Shown here: positions 11,609 through 41,063 of the stretch, in pieces | Numbering within the stretch: the stretch's first letter is position 1 | Layout of the letters: each line of letters begins with the position of its first letter | Source: a bacterium | Lineage (GTDB): Bacteria > UBA8248 | Direction: 5' to 3' | Assembly (NCBI GenBank): GCA_965213685.1 | Contig: CBDBZY010000064.1 | Coordinates: forward strand, 672,001 to 736,000 | Length of the DNA stretch: 64,000 nt | The notes under the pieces: generated by a model | What the model saw: the letters and a program-made list of their open reading frames with translations, nothing else | The model's database searches: none | What the model was told of the DNA's origin: nothing | Program-made: the position numbers and the translations under genes

Positions 11609-12862
11609 ATGGATACTAACGTAACCAACTCGAGCGACAACGCTACGGCGTGTTATTTCGAGGGTGGGTCAGACGCTACTTCCAATACCAACTCCGACTG
11701 GAACGTCTATCCACCAGAACCGGAAGAGAGAGTCGACAACGGATACTTCAATGTCCTTCTATTCGGAAAAACAGGCATGGGGAAAAGTACAACAGGAAAC
11801 AAACTTTTAAACAGCCACTCAGCAGAGCAGGTCATTCGCCGATGGGAGATGGAAGGGGACGAGGGATACCTGTTGGTTCCTAGCGGAGAGGATGGCGAGC
11901 CAAAGTACTTCGAAGAAGGAAAGGAAGACTCAACCAAATCTACGACAACGGTTTGTGAACTTCTCAGCGACGAAAGCGGAGAATTGGACGGAACCAAGTT
12001 TCGCGTTCTGGACGTGGAAGGATTTGCTCCAACTAACCGCGGTGAGGGCGAGTCTTGCAAGCAGAAAAATCTTTCCATTCTACGCAGAGTGGTGAAAGTT
12101 CAAAACTCTATGAATCTTTGCTTTTCTCGAATCCTTTACTTTATTCCCTCACGCGGACGGCTCCAGAAAGCGGACTATAACATCTTCGAAGAACTTCAGG
12201 TCTTACATCACTTCTTTGGCAGAGACATATTCCACGCCATGATCGTTATTGCTACGGAAGACCCACTGGATGACGTACAAGAGTGGCCACAAAGAAAACT
12301 AGAACTGACAAAGGCAGCATTTTTAGATGCTTTATGTGAAGTCATCGGCCGAACTCACGATCCCCCTGATCCACCAATTGTGTTTTTACCACACTCAGCA
12401 ACCGCTAGTAAGGTCAGGATGTCGATTAAGAGCATTCATGTGAACTGCGAGTCGTTTGTTTTGAAGTTTCGTCAGGGAGTGTGTCACCGCTGTGGACTGG
12501 AGTTCACAGCTCGAAAAGTGGACGGAAAGGTATTCGGCCTAACCTGCACTGCAGACACAAGGACTATCCCATACGGTGAAACCAAATGCCATCCTATGAT
12601 AGTTACCAAGTTCACAGGAGTCGAAAAGTTTGCCGCTAATGTGATACACATTGCGACTTTAGGAGCAACGTACGTTTACAGAAAGAGCCTTGGCATTCCT
12701 GGCTTTGGTGTGAGCTCGCATGAGTGGTGTCCACATTGTCAACAGAAACCAGGTTCTCCGGGCTGTATTCCAGTGGAACAAATCTATGAATACCGTCCAA
12801 GGGAGAGTCTGTATTGTACAACTGTACAGGTCAATCACTCAAGCAATATCAAAGAGTCATGA
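11609..12862 (+). CDS. Intronless AIG1/GIMAP-type P-loop GTPase with Cys-rich C-terminal region
   Basis: First ATG at 11609 (MDTNV). G1 VLLFGKTGMGKSTTGNKLL, G2-like STKSTTT, G3 VLDVEGF, FFGRDIFHAMIVIAT; C-terminus CHRCG...KCHP...WCPHCQQKPGSPGC. Confidence 0.85.
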   Translation: MDTNVTNSSDNATACYFEGGSDATSNTNSDWNVYPPEPEERVDNGYFNVLLFGKTGMGKSTTGNKLLNSHSAEQVIRRWEMEGDEGYLLVPSGEDGEPKYFEEGKEDSTKSTTTVCELLSDESGELDGTKFRVLDVEGFAPTNRGEGESCKQKNLSILRRVVKVQNSMNLCFSRILYFIPSRGRLQKADYNIFEELQVLHHFFGRDIFHAMIVIATEDPLDDVQEWPQRKLELTKAAFLDALCEVIGRTHDPPDPPIVFLPHSATASKVRMSIKSIHVNCESFVLKFRQGVCHRCGLEFTARKVDGKVFGLTCTADTRTIPYGETKCHPMIVTKFTGVEKFAANVIHIATLGATYVYRKSLGIPGFGVSSHEWCPHCQQKPGSPGCIPVEQIYEYRPRESLYCTTVQVNHSSNIKES

Positions 12863-13920
12863 CTCAACAACTGATTATGCAAAGCTCTAATTACAGCACA
12901 TAATATAGGCGTAGCTACTGTGCCTAAATTTTGAGTATAATAACTTTTATGTATATAAATGACTACAAAATTCAATGCTTTCATTTTAGGCTCATGCACC
13001 CAATACGAGTGTCGCCTTTGTCTTATCAACCGTTTTCAGGACTTGTATTGCACAGCCACGAACTGCAGGCGGCTGTTCTTCGTGAGATTCATAGTTTCTC
13101 TACTACGTGCATGGTCGCTGCTTCTCATCAGAAATATGAATCTGCCTTTTTTTAGCCGGTCGAGCCGAGCAAAAACAGGTCCGACCATTGCCTATTTAGG
13201 ATACCGTTTGTCGTTAAAGTTCTATATAGGGCTGAAAACGAAGGTATACCGTGGCAATACTTCTCCCCAACGGTATGGTTTATTAGGAGAACGAAAGGCT
13301 GTTTATAAAAAAAAGGCGTTGTATACGGACCTCGAATGGGCTAGCTAAAAGTGGACGATCTCTAGTTCTTTCCGCTATAATTGGCATTTCCAGGCGAAGA
13401 TACTTTGATGAAAATATTTGCGACATTTGACCACACGTACAGCCGCGCTTGTACAAGATACACACTCCATGTTTTGCTGGGGTGTTTTCTGACTCTTTCT
13501 CTCTTTGTGCTCCACGTTATATAGCCCAGTTTCTATGTGTGCGCCAACAGGAGGTTGTTGAATCTACACGGGCTGAACATGCCCCCTTCGGTATATTCCA
13601 CCACTTTCAGGAGGAGGGTAGGGACCACTTTCAGGAGGAAGGTGCAATGTCATGATCTCAAAGTGGGGTTGGGAACAAGGGAGGAGTTCTTCCCCACTTT
13701 TTGATTCCATGCAGTATAACCATTGTTCCAACTCCCATGCACTTTTCATGAAAGGTGTAATGACATTTTATGCCTTCTAAAATAGCTGCTGATGCAATCC
13801 TGGGTACTATTGCAAGACCTAATCGCCTTTCATCGTTTTACATCATAGTGAGCAACTACCGAGAGGGCGTGACTCTGCAGCACAGAACGCAGCAGTTACT
13901 ACCGTGAGTACGAGTTAAAG

Positions 13921-14166
13921 CACTGCAAAAACAGAATTGTTCCTTTAACAAAGACCTTTGTCATGTGAGTTGCACCTGTGTAACCTTGTCCATACTTCAC
14001 TCTCAAGTACTACACAATCACAACATTTCCTTGTCATGTGGCCACAGTACAGCCCAAAACAGCTGTGATGATATCATTTGTAGTATATGAGAGTACAATT
14101 TACATACATCTGCAACTCCCATGACAAAGGTCTTTGAAAGGAACAATGTCCTTTTTTATCTGAGTG
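13921..14166. mobile_element. CACTG-terminal (CACTA/EnSpm-like) MITE
   Basis: cactgcaaaaacagaattgttcctttaacaaagacct ... aggtctttgaaaggaacaatgtcctttttatctgagtg; same family as 40819-41063. Confidence 0.65.
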
Positions 14167-14833
14167 ACGCGAGCGCGCGCTTGAAATGCGTAAACGTGGG
14201 CGGGGAAGGGTCTTGTTACGGCCCTGAATAAAGGACGCGCAGCGGTCGAAAGTGTTTCTGCACGAAGCGCGAAAATATTCGGGCCAGTAGTTTGGGTCCG
14301 TGTGCGTCTGCATGACGGTACGTGAAGTATCAGGGGTCACGCCTCCCTCGCCTTCAAACGTGGAGCGGCTCAGGCCGCCCCTGCCGCCCCGCTTCCGACG
14401 GCCCTGTAAAAGCACAGATGTTGTACATGTATGCCATAGCAACTGACTATACCTTTACACTATATGATCATCTTATAGACTATATCACTTCTACAGGTGT
14501 ACGAAGATGCATGTAGAGGGAATACCACTTGCTATTGTGTCAGAAGCCAGTGTATGTACTAAACTAAAGAGTGAATGTTGGAAGTGCACACACTCCTGGT
14601 GCAGGACAGCATTCTTGTTCACTTTATTTAATGCCTCGCCAAGCGAGCGTTGAATCACGAGATTGGTGTAAACGTACGTAAATTCATGCGCGCACGTGCC
14701 GTGACTCGTGACTTAACAGGCTGTGTTCTGTACCGTGTATGCATGGAACAGAACCTTTGAAGTCACGAGTCAAACAGTTCGTCAGCAGTTCTGCTTGGTT
14801 TTGCAGAGGAGCAAGAGACGAAGGAGAGCCGAC

Positions 14834-30576
<15,743 letters not shown>

Positions 30577-30959
30577 CCGACCACTGGGCATGTGCTGCCT
30601 GCTAGTAAATACATGAGTGATTGGAACAAATGAACTATTGTTGACATTTTAGCTTGTCGTGAATAACCGTAATTGTATTGTGCGTGCATTGTTTTGCATG
30701 ACATGTACATGTAGGCTGCTGATTGAGGCAGGACCAGTGGGTAGCACTGGCCTGCACTGCAATTGATTGTACTATTACAATATGAGCAGTACATCTATGC
30801 CAGTTGGATAAAACAGTGTAGGGCAAGAATGTAGGGGAAGTACTGCATGTACGTGTATGTAGATCCTACCATGTGCAGGAAAGCCCTACATATAAATGGT
30901 TTCAGACATGAGTTGTGTAAACTGAGACAGTTGGTAGCAGGCTACAATAGTGGCTACCC

Positions 30960-31268
30960 TAGTCTATCGAGCTAGACCCTACTCTGAGCATGAAGTGCGA
31001 GTAGGGTCTAGCAGATGTTATTAGTATGCATTGCCCAGAGGTTTGACACATCCTCATGCAGCTACATGTACTTATCACATGTTTACTCTACGTAGGCCTA
31101 TAGTGCAGTGGTTTTCACACATACTTAACACGTGGATAATATTACCTCTAATTACTGCTCCAGATTCAGCTACTGAATCTGATTGGTCAGAATTTAATGC
31201 ATACTAATAACCTCTGCTAGACACTACTCCGCTTTGCGCTCCTGAGTGGGGTCTAGCTCGATAGACTA
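30960..31268. mobile_element. TAGTCT-terminal MITE with 9-bp TSD (AcademH-like)
   Basis: tggctaccc|tagtctatcgagctagaccc ... gggtctagctcgatagacta|tggttaccc. Confidence 0.85.
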
Positions 31269-32594
31269 TGGTTACCCTCACCAGCTTACTCCCAAACTGT
31301 GTGACCCTCAGTACTTGTCAAACTGGACATTCTCGATCTGTTCCACATGACAATGATTTCTGTCACATATACTCTGCTGGTATGCAAACTATTCACAATA
31401 GACATGTGAAGTGCTGTATCATGATTGTATTCCAGAAGCACAACAGTCATGCATGTGACATTGAACATGACAGTGGTTACAGTCATGTAACAGTGGGACT
31501 CTGCACTGGTATGCAAACTATTTGCATTTTTGGAGACACATGAAGTATGCATGAAGATGCATGTAGTGATCTTAAGTTAGCTCCAACATGTACAGTAATT
31601 GGAATGTGTTAATAAGAGTGCTTCAGTTGTACAAGTACGTACAATGTCATGTAGATGGAAGGACTTGCACTCATATGGATCTGCAGCTGTCACCCCCCCC
31701 CCCCCCCCACACACACACACACACACATACTTGTGAGAGACTGGGTGTCTCCACAGTCTCTGGTTTGAGTTGGTTGGTCTGAGTTTGCTTTTGGACACTG
31801 CAGTGTCCTTCCTGTTAGGTGTATTTCCTATTACATTCCCCCTAGGTTTTGTCATTTTCCCCATCTTGTTTGTATAAAAGCTGTATGTATAATATTATAC
31901 TAATGTTGTATTGAAGTGACTGATTGTGTGGTATGACATGGGCTCATGATCACTAATGTGACTGTTGCAGTGATGCATGCCAAACCCTCCTCCCGATCCC
32001 TCACAGAGGTCCTTTGCAAGAACATGCATGTACATTGCATGTTGCATGTAAAGGGGGTATACGCATACATACAAACAGGTAAGTATGTCTTCCCCTTTCT
32101 GACATCATACGCATTCTTTTGTCACCAACATTCCTTATCCACTCAGTTGTCTCCATCATCCTTTGCACATCTCCATTCCCTTATCACTAACATTCCTTAG
32201 TCTCCCACTTGTCTTCACCATTTGTTGTATTATATACTTTTAAGCGTGCAGTTGTATATTCACTGATGATGGTAGCTGAATAGCTTCTGAAACGTTTGCA
32301 GAAACTTTTCAGATCTTTCGCTAAAGTAGTTCTCAAGATTCTTACAATACTGTCTTAGAAATTCTATACATAAATGTATAAGTTATCAAATACAACGATG
32401 CAGTGTTGCAAAATTGTAACCAAGTACATTTCCTCCTGCCCTCACCATCTTATAAGTATACTAATTATAAAATTATAGGTGGCTATGAAACAAGCAATAT
32501 ATGCAAAGGAATGAGCACACAGAGTACAAAAAACTGAACCAAAATGTATAGAGTTCAACTAGATTATTCAGTGGTGCATTGTGGTACACCAGAC

Positions 32595-34084
32595 CTAATT
32601 AGCATGCTCTAGATGAAAAAGCATAAAACTATTTCTATTGTTATGGGATTTAGATGATTTTTCAACAAATAACTGGTATTGGGGGGGATTCCCAACTTCT
32701 TTAACACATAGTTTGCCATTCCCACATCGAATGAAGTACCATCCATTCCCTATCATCCAATCATCTGTGTCTACTGCCATTTTTTCTTCCTGGAGTGGAT
32801 CTTTTAATGACATTCTTGTGTTCTCCTTAGTGATTTGTTGGGTGGTAATTTTTGGCCGATTTACAATTGCAATATAAGCACTGGCATTACCTTCATCAAC
32901 TTTTCTTATTGCAAATTCATTTGCACATTCTTGTTCAATAATAAATTTTGTTGCTTGTGTACTGTCAGTTGTTCCAACAATTCTTTCTCCTGTATCATGC
33001 CCCATTAGATATAGTGGATTTTCCTTTGAACGACACATAATACGATAGGTCCCAACAGCTGAAAAGTACAGAAACAAATACATGCATTGTAATTATCTGG
33101 TGACTTTCTACTAAGATACATGTGTTAGAAATGTGTATGAATAAGACTGTTCTTTGTGGTAACTGTAGGGACACAATTATTGGAGATGACACAAGTACCA
33201 GTTATCAAAATTACATAGCTATCAACATACATACACTGAATATTTCACTCACATTTCTTCAGCCTTTCCTCGCAGTACTGCTGCACAGCTTGCTGAAGTG
33301 CTCTTGCTAGGTCGGGTGTCTTCACCAGTCTGTCAATGGGCATGATTTCAATTCCAATCACCTCCTCCTTTGCCACCGAAAACCCATCAGCCAACTTCCC
33401 AATCACATCTATCTGCACATGTTTAGAAAACCTCATCACTGCATGTGTTAGTTCAATGTGCGCTGAAACTGATGATGCTGCAGGAACAGGAACTGCAGCG
33501 CCAGCTTTCCCTCCAGCACTGAACAGACAGTTATATTCCTTTAAGCTTACCACTTGATACTTCATTGCTCCAAACATGAGAGCGGTGGAGTAATGCGTTA
33601 TACCATATTTGGTGATAAATTCTGTGCACAAACCTACTAAGGTCTGCTGTCTCTGCTCGTTCTCTTCGATGTTGGCAAAATCTATTGCCTTGCGAAGGTC
33701 ACTCTCGAATGATGTGTGCTCTGCGTCGCCAGGAGTGACATTGAAAGATATTGTACGAGTATGCACTCTTGTTCCTATTACTTGTTGCGAGTAAGCGACC
33801 TCGTGGGAGAAGCCCTCATCCATACCGACTTTGACGGCGGCGCTGAGAGCACCAGGCTGCGTGTTGGTATTGAAAATCATATCTTTCCTGTGTAGCACAT
33901 CGTGACTGTAGTGGACCACAGTACCCGGCTCGCGCATCACCACGATATCATCCTGAGTAAAGCAGCGCCGAACTTGAAAAGAAGTTTTGTTTTTCCAAGG
34001 ACTGTAGTTTGTGACGTCTAGTCCGAGACCAAGGCCGCGCTCCCTAGCAAGCTCAACGTAATTAATCTTGGGCTTCCCAGACAT
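32595..34084 (-). CDS. Type A1 MACPF-domain protein with C-terminal putative beta-trefoil domain, 2 exons, ~431 aa, intact
   Basis: Exon1 34084-33253 (donor T|GTGAGT), exon2 33058-32595 (acceptor tttcag|CT), phase-1 intron. MACPF hallmarks LGLGLDVT, FESDL, CTEFITKYGITHYSTALMFGA (cf. YGTHY-x6-GG), IEIMPIDRLV..LARALQQAVQQY. No signal peptide. The C-terminal fold is an inference. Confidence 0.8.
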
Positions 34085-34254
34085 ATTTGATGAGTTTGAG
34101 ACGCCGTTCCCTGACGTGGAGGATTCTCAACAGGTTGGCTCTAGCGGAGAGACTACTCCCCGGGCTGATTCAACTGGCATAAAACCGCAAGAGTGACGTC
34201 ATATTTCGTGGAATGCATGTTAGGCTCTGCCCCACCCAGTCGCTACAACGCCTG

Positions 34255-34389
<135 letters not shown>

Positions 34390-34966
34390 TGTGGACCAAC
34401 TATATTTACCAGTTGGACTACTTCAGGAAAGGCCATGATTCATGTAGGGATGGTAAATTTCCTAGGTGACTTCTGGATTGAAGTACGTTTATTCAGAAAG
34501 ATAACCTCACATATAGACTAGATCTGGATTTGCCATATGATTCACATACATGTGAACTGTTGGCATAAATTGAGTGCAGTGCATACACATGTGGTCACTG
34601 GTATCCCTATCACCAGAGACTCTGCAACTTACTCTCAACTGTGGTAAGGAAACATATCATACAGTATCTCATACTATCTATGGAATGTGTAGGGTGTCTC
34701 CAGAGTAATGGCTGATGTGACATGTGTGCTTGAAACATGATGGGTAAGCAGCATACCACACCTGCACCACCAGTGCCATAGTCATGGTCAATCAGTGCTA
34801 TGTCATGTTCGATGAACTTATGAACGCCCTTTTCCTCAACTGCTCAATGACCCACGTTACTTAGAAGATATATCAAAAGCATTCTGCACATTCCATAGAT
34901 CCATCCAGTGTGCAATGTGCAGAATGTGTAGGATATATTACCTTCTAAGTAATGTGGAGAGTGTAA

Positions 34967-35211
34967 AGGCTCCCATAAACGAGGCAACTTTATTTCTGGC
35001 AACAGTTGCCTGCAACAATGTTGCCACGTGTATGATGCAATGTTGCGTTGTTGCTCGTTGCCAGCAACTGTTGCTCGGAAATAGAACTGTAGTCTAAATG
35101 CCAGCAACAGTTGCCGGCAACACGCAACAACACAACATTACATCATACATGTGGCAACATTGTTGCAGGCAACTGTTGCCGGCAACAAAGTTGCCTCGTG
35201 TATGGGGGCCT
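34967..35211. mobile_element. PIF/Harbinger-like MITE (TAA TSD)
   Basis: taa|aggctcccataaacgaggcaacttt ... aaagttgcctcgtgtatgggggcct|taa; internal ggcaac/gttgcc repeats; the paralogous right flank at ~53702 (taagatgggtgac) has no element. Confidence 0.8.
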
Positions 35212-37402
35212 TAAGATGGGTGACATGACTCATGCACCCTTATCTTCATCCTGTAAACTAGAAGCCCTATTTCATCTAGCTAAAGGAGACAAGCCAGTAA
35301 TAGTATACCTATTCTGTAATATCCAATGCAATATAGAGAGATGTAGGGATGGCAGTGCCAAAACCCACAGAAACTAGGTTTAGGGATGGTAGTGTGCAGG
35401 TAAGAAAGCACATACAAGGCTACACCAATTGCTGTACTCCTTATGGTATGTACCTACACACACACAGACACAAGAGGTGAGATTGTGACTTTAAACTACA
35501 CCTGAGAGCATTGATGACAAGCTACCTGAAGATGGTTCTATAGCTATTACACAGCAAAATAGAGATGGTTATTTCAACCAGAGTTTGGTTATCTCAGTTG
35601 CAAGTAGTTGAGCTGAATTCTACAAACTACTTTCACACTGTTCTCAGGAGTGTGTAAGGTCTCCAGAGTGATGGGTGTCATGACATGTACTTAAAACATG
35701 ATGGGTAAACAGCATGCCTTTCATGCATGATCAGTGCTATTCATGCCCAGTGAACTGGTGAGTGCCATGTCTTCCTCTACTGCTCAATGACCAGTATTAC
35801 TGGAGACACATTCCACACATTTTACACATCCAATCAGTGCCAGATGTTGAGAGAATAAACATGCAATGGAGACAATCATACTTGTGGGTTAAAAACATTT
35901 TTTTCTGGTGTCCAAAAATGATTGAATGATTGTGGTCAATGAGTGCCACTTAAACACATGCAAATATACTGTGAGGCTGAAGGTAGAAAGAAAAAAAGCA
36001 ATAATATACACCCTCACCTACAATAAATGCTATTCCCAGCATTATATATAGTACTGGTACTTCAGTTTATTATCAATGTGTTTGGAGGCAATGGGCTCTT
36101 GGAGGAATTTTGAAGCCATGGAGTTATGTACATTTCTACCATATGCATGTATGCAAGCGCAAGCCAAATCAACTCCTGAGTAGATGAATCACAAGCCAAT
36201 TCCCAAATGGAGGAAACAGTAATGATCACTACTGTTTCCTCCATATATGACTCGTAGTTTCCTCCATTGAGGATTAGATGCAGCTTCAGGCCGGTAGCCG
36301 AGGGGGGGTTGAAAGGGTTGGCCGACACCCCCTCCCCCTCCCCCTCTGCCTGATCCACCTGGTTCGTTACTGGAACCCAGGAAGACTAATAGTGGTAGTG
36401 ATGATACAGGTGTAATAATTATAGTTAAGCAGCCAAGTGCAAGCAAGAAAATCAGAATATGACTGAAGTGTTAGCCTCAGCAGATATTCTCTTAAGCATT
36501 CTGTTTACAGGGTGTACATGCATGTTAACAACTGAGAAAGACTCCCACAGCCTATTAGACTTCTTTCCTTGTTCCAGGGTTATTCACTGTGTGGTAGCAG
36601 CCTGATGCATAGATAGAAGTTTTCTGTGTGTTGTCAATAACATTCCAGAATATAGTTTTCACAGCTTAAAAGTGCTTATGCATGAAAGCCAATACGTGAC
36701 ACAATGAACCCCACATAACGAACATCATTGTCAAACCAACCAATTTGTTTTTGCTGTGTAGCACAGCGAAAATGAAATTGTTCCTTTAACAAAACCTTCA
36801 CCATGTTAGCTGCACTTGTGTATCCATGTCCAAAGTTTGCGATCATTACTATACAGACTTACTATTTCCTTGTCGTGGGACCTACAACCGTATAACACTT
36901 ATATGTATAGTATGTGAAAAAAATGGAAGGCAGCAAGTTGAACAATATTGCATTAGCTGTGAGTTACAAGGTGGAGTAGTAGTATTACAGTTACTAGTCA
37001 CACTGTGACACACACAAAATACCTTTACACCGACTACCAAGAAATGTTGACAGGAAGAAACATAGAGGAGGTTTTGTACATGTTGAAGTGCATTGCAGCT
37101 ATAAACGTGTCTAAGTAGTATTTTAAATTCATAAATTCATACACTTGAAGCAAGCAGCGATATTTCATCTGCAAATTAAGGAAGCGGGAGGCGCCACCCC
37201 AATTAAAGCGCCCTTAGCCCCGTTGAAGTGCATGTAGGTGTGGTCTGATCTGGAGATTCTCAATATAAGAGAGCAGATCGACTCATCGCCACAAAACTCC
37301 AGATTAAACAGTTTAATTGAAACAGGAATAAGCCATTCGTTTCGTTCCATCGTGCACCCACCCAGCTGGTAACTCTCCACAATAGTATCGTTATTGTCAG
37401 AC

Positions 37403-38256
37403 ATGGCGGCATATCACAACCCCCAAATCCAGACCAAAGCCGCAGACAATCATCTTGAGCTGACGGAAGCAAAGCAGCGTGGCCTTGGCCTCAGACTGGA
37501 CGTCACAAACCCTGACCCATGGGGACATGAAACATCTTCCGAAGTTCGACGCAATGTCACCGCGGATGATATTTCGGTAATATGTGGGCCATGTAAAGTG
37601 AACCACTATAGCCGCTTAGTTGCTAATAGCAAAGACCTGGTTTTTAATGCCGACGCACGTGCATTCATGAAGCCGTCAAAGTCGGTTTGGATGCTGGTTT
37701 TTCTCGCAAGCTTACCCATTCGCAGCGAGTCATCGGAACAAGAGTGCACACTCGTACAGTGTCCTTTAAAATCATTCCTGGAGACACAACCGAAACATCG
37801 TTTGAGAGTGAACTTCGTAAGGAAATGAAATTCGATAGCATTAAAGAAGACGTCCAATACATGCAGACGCTAAAGGAAGAGTGCGAAAGTTTTGTAAGGA
37901 GATACGCTATCACACATTACTCGCCGGCTATTATGCTAGGAGCAATAAAATACCAATTTGTGAGTTTAAATCAACAAACTAGTCGCTTTCGGTTAGGACT
38001 GAACGCTACTGCAGCAAATGTAGCACTCGCTTCTACAGCTCCAACAGCCGCAGCACAGGTGGAGCAACTCTGTGCCTCAACAAAGTTTTCAAAGAATGTG
38101 CAGTTGGAAGAAATTGGTAAATTGGCAAATGATTTTTCAGTGACAAAGGAGAAGTGATTGGAATTGCGCCTATTGACAGACTGGTGAAGACACCAAAGCT
38201 AGCAAATGCCCTTCTGCAAGCTGTACAGACATACTGCAGGGAAAAGCTGCATAAGT
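37403..38256 (+). pseudogene. Type B1 MACPF paralog, exon 1 only, frameshifted
   Basis: ATG 37403; 7-nt deletion (ggtgccc) near 37662 relative to B3; further indels near 38150; no exon 2 before the unit junction (~38440). Confidence 0.85.
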
Positions 38257-39392
38257 GTAGGTTTAATATCTTTCCCTGATGCGTGTTACACAACAAAAAT
38301 GTTTGCACCTCAGCTGTCTGGTTTTTATAGTGGATGATGTCATGCTTTACAATCACTAAATTATTAATTCTTTCTTGATTGCATTGAGACATGTTCATAG
38401 ATAGTATAGACACGTAACAGTTGTGTCTATCGCGTATTCTCTTCCACATGACATTTATTGAACATGACAGTGGTTACAGTCATGCAACAGTGGGACTCTG
38501 TACTGGTATATATGCAAACTATTTGCATTTTTTAAAAACACATGAAATGCTGTATCATGTAAATAAGTCCAGCAGCACAACATGCATGCAGCCTTTGTTC
38601 TGTTACATGACCAGTGAAGAAGCAAGTGAGATGAATATCTTTTCAGATCTGCTATATACTCAGCATGTGAACACTCATATCACAAGGTTGCTATAGCAAA
38701 TGGCACATTGATGGCAGCCATGAATGGTCATCAACCTCGCAAGAAGTGATAAGGGGGTCCTTACCTATGGCAATAGGATATGTCATGAAGGACATTTTGC
38801 TGTCTGTTTGTCACACATTACAATCAAATCTCCCTGTTGAGTTAGGGATGTTTACTACAGCCATGCAGACACATACGTACCACTGCAAATGAAATACATG
38901 GTGGTGGTTATAGTTGAACATCTCCACTACTACATTATTCAAGTGGTACACGTACATGTATAATATTATAGCTGTACATGTGAGCTAGTTGGTAAGCTAC
39001 TTAGAAACTTCAGCCGTGTGTATGTCTCCTGTGCCTCAATGGCTCAACTGCCTATATATGCTGTTCCTACTCCTGAAATGCATGAGGGTATCGATGTCAT
39101 TGGAATGATTAGACAGGAGTGATACATGGCCATCGGGCAGGAAGTATGCAAGAAAATATTCCCTGATGATGGTAGCTGAATAGCTTCTGAAACGTTTGCA
39201 AAAACTTTTCAGATCTTTCATTAGAGTATGTAGTTTTCAAGATTCTTACAATACTGTCTTAGAAATTAAGTTGTCAAATACAACGATGCAGTGTTGCAAA
39301 ATTGTAGCCAAGTACATTTCCTCCTGCCCTCACCATCTTATAAGTATAATATTATTAACCCTCGTGCACATGCACGCGGAGGGTTAGTGTAG

Positions 39393-39479
<87 letters not shown>

Positions 39480-39534
39480 TGTCTGTCTGTCTGTCTGTGT
39501 GTCTGTCTGATGGAAAGAAAGAGGAAGAAAAAGT

Positions 39535-39607
39535 GGACTCCTGCGGGACTCGAATCCACGACTCTCAGCTTTATACACTGACGCTCTACCGACTGAGCTA
39601 AAGAGCC
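39535..39607 (-). tRNA. tRNA-like cloverleaf (anticodon position reads ATA); probably SINE head or pseudo-tRNA
   Basis: GGCTCTT TA GCTC AGTCGGTA GAGC G TCAGT GTATAAA GCTGA GAGTC GTGGA TTCGAGT CCCGC AGGAGTC C then TTTTT; atypical G32 and a T-stem mismatch; lies inside a mobile element. Confidence 0.4.
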
Positions 39608-40184
39608 CAGCCAGCAGGCAAAGTCGATAGGCTGTTCCCTTATAGAGAACACTTTTTCTTCTAAAGGGCAGTGAGAAACCATATCCTAACAACAGCCTCT
39701 GCTGGTCTGCAATGAAGCCCCCTGCTGCCCCAACAGACAGGATGGTTATTAAAGTCTAGGGCAACCAACCTAGCCTAGCCTAGTTAGTCTGTGGGGCGGT
39801 GGCTGAAGCAGGAGACCCATTAAGGGTCTGTTTTTTTTAAAGTATAGACACATGATAACCCTCAATCCACAAAGTGGTTAATATAGTCTGGGGCAACCAA
39901 ACCCAGCCCAGCCTGGTTAGTGTATGAGGGGGGAAAAACTCACTGCGGCATCATATGAGTGATGGAAAGAAAGAGGAAGAAAAAGTGGACTCCTGCGGGA
40001 CTCGAACCCACGACTCTCAGCTTTATACGCTGACACTCTACCGTCCACTTTTTCTTCCTCTTTCTTTCCATCACTCATAGGATGCCGCAGTGAGTTTTTC
40101 CCCCCTCACACACTAACCAGGCTGGGCTGGGTTTGGTTGCCCCAGACTTTATTAACCACTTTGTGGATTGAGGGTTATCATGTG

Positions 40185-40217
<33 letters not shown>

Positions 40218-40818
40218 GCCTGCATGACCGGATTTTCTCCGTAACCGTAGATGCTGCGTTCTTCAAAGTTGGAGAATAGGAGAAGCGTCGTAGTCTCTCG
40301 GAACTCGTGAACTCTGGAGCCGCTCGGTTGATGTGAGGCTACCGGTGAGCGAAAGTAACTTTTCGAGGCTGTGTAAACTCCCGTTTTCGAGGTTCCATTA
40401 TAGCTACTAATGGAGTGGAAGTGCAAACGGTACGATCTGGTGTCATATACGCGGTTGGGAGCTTTTCGGCCCAGCCAAAGCGGCAAGCCTAGCTCAGTAG
40501 AGGTAGTAGTACTTGGGTGCGCACCTATTGGAGAAGTATACGTTCTTGGGCTGCTCAAGGCCAAGCGAGCTTCTGTTCCTACTCAAGCATTTAGTACCGA
40601 GGTGATATAGTGTGATATATTATATTTTTGAGGTGATACTTCTAAGATGTTCCTTGGTATATATGATTAATGAGACTGTCTTCACAGTGTAGGGGTGTGT
40701 GTGTGTGTGTGTGTTGTTTGCAAGTGCAATGTTTGTGAATGCTATTCAGCAGTGCTAGTCATAAGGCTAACATACACTTCTACAAAGACATGCATCAAAA
40801 ATGAATGGCATGACTGTG

Positions 40819-41063
40819 CACTGCAAAAAGAGAATTGTTCTTTTAACAAAGACCTTGGTCATGTGAGTTGCACCTGCACAACTGTGTCCATGCTTTCCTC
40901 GCATGTAGTACACAATCACAACATTTCCTTGTCATGTGGCCCATGACACAGCCGATAATGGCTGTTATGATAATATTTATAGTGTTTGAGAGTACAGTTT
41001 ACATGGCCTTACAACTTATGTGACAAAGGTCTTTGTTAAAGTAACAATGTCATTTTTGCTGTG
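40819..41063. mobile_element. CACTG-terminal (CACTA/EnSpm-like) MITE with 2-bp TSD
   Basis: tg|cactgcaaaaag ... catttttgctgtg|tg; empty site tgactgtggtgaat in unit 3 (~48938). Confidence 0.85.

Noticed and set aside
32595-33083. Separate small gene downstream of the MACPF ORF (bacterial-style toxin-immunity operon)
   Set aside because: Canonical in-frame GT-AG intron conserved in A1-A3 and B3; it is exon 2 of the same gene.
33245-34084. Gasdermin or aerolysin assignment
   Set aside because: YGITHY-x6-G and the terminal PIxxL..ALxxAV..Y motifs fit MACPF better; not tested computationally.
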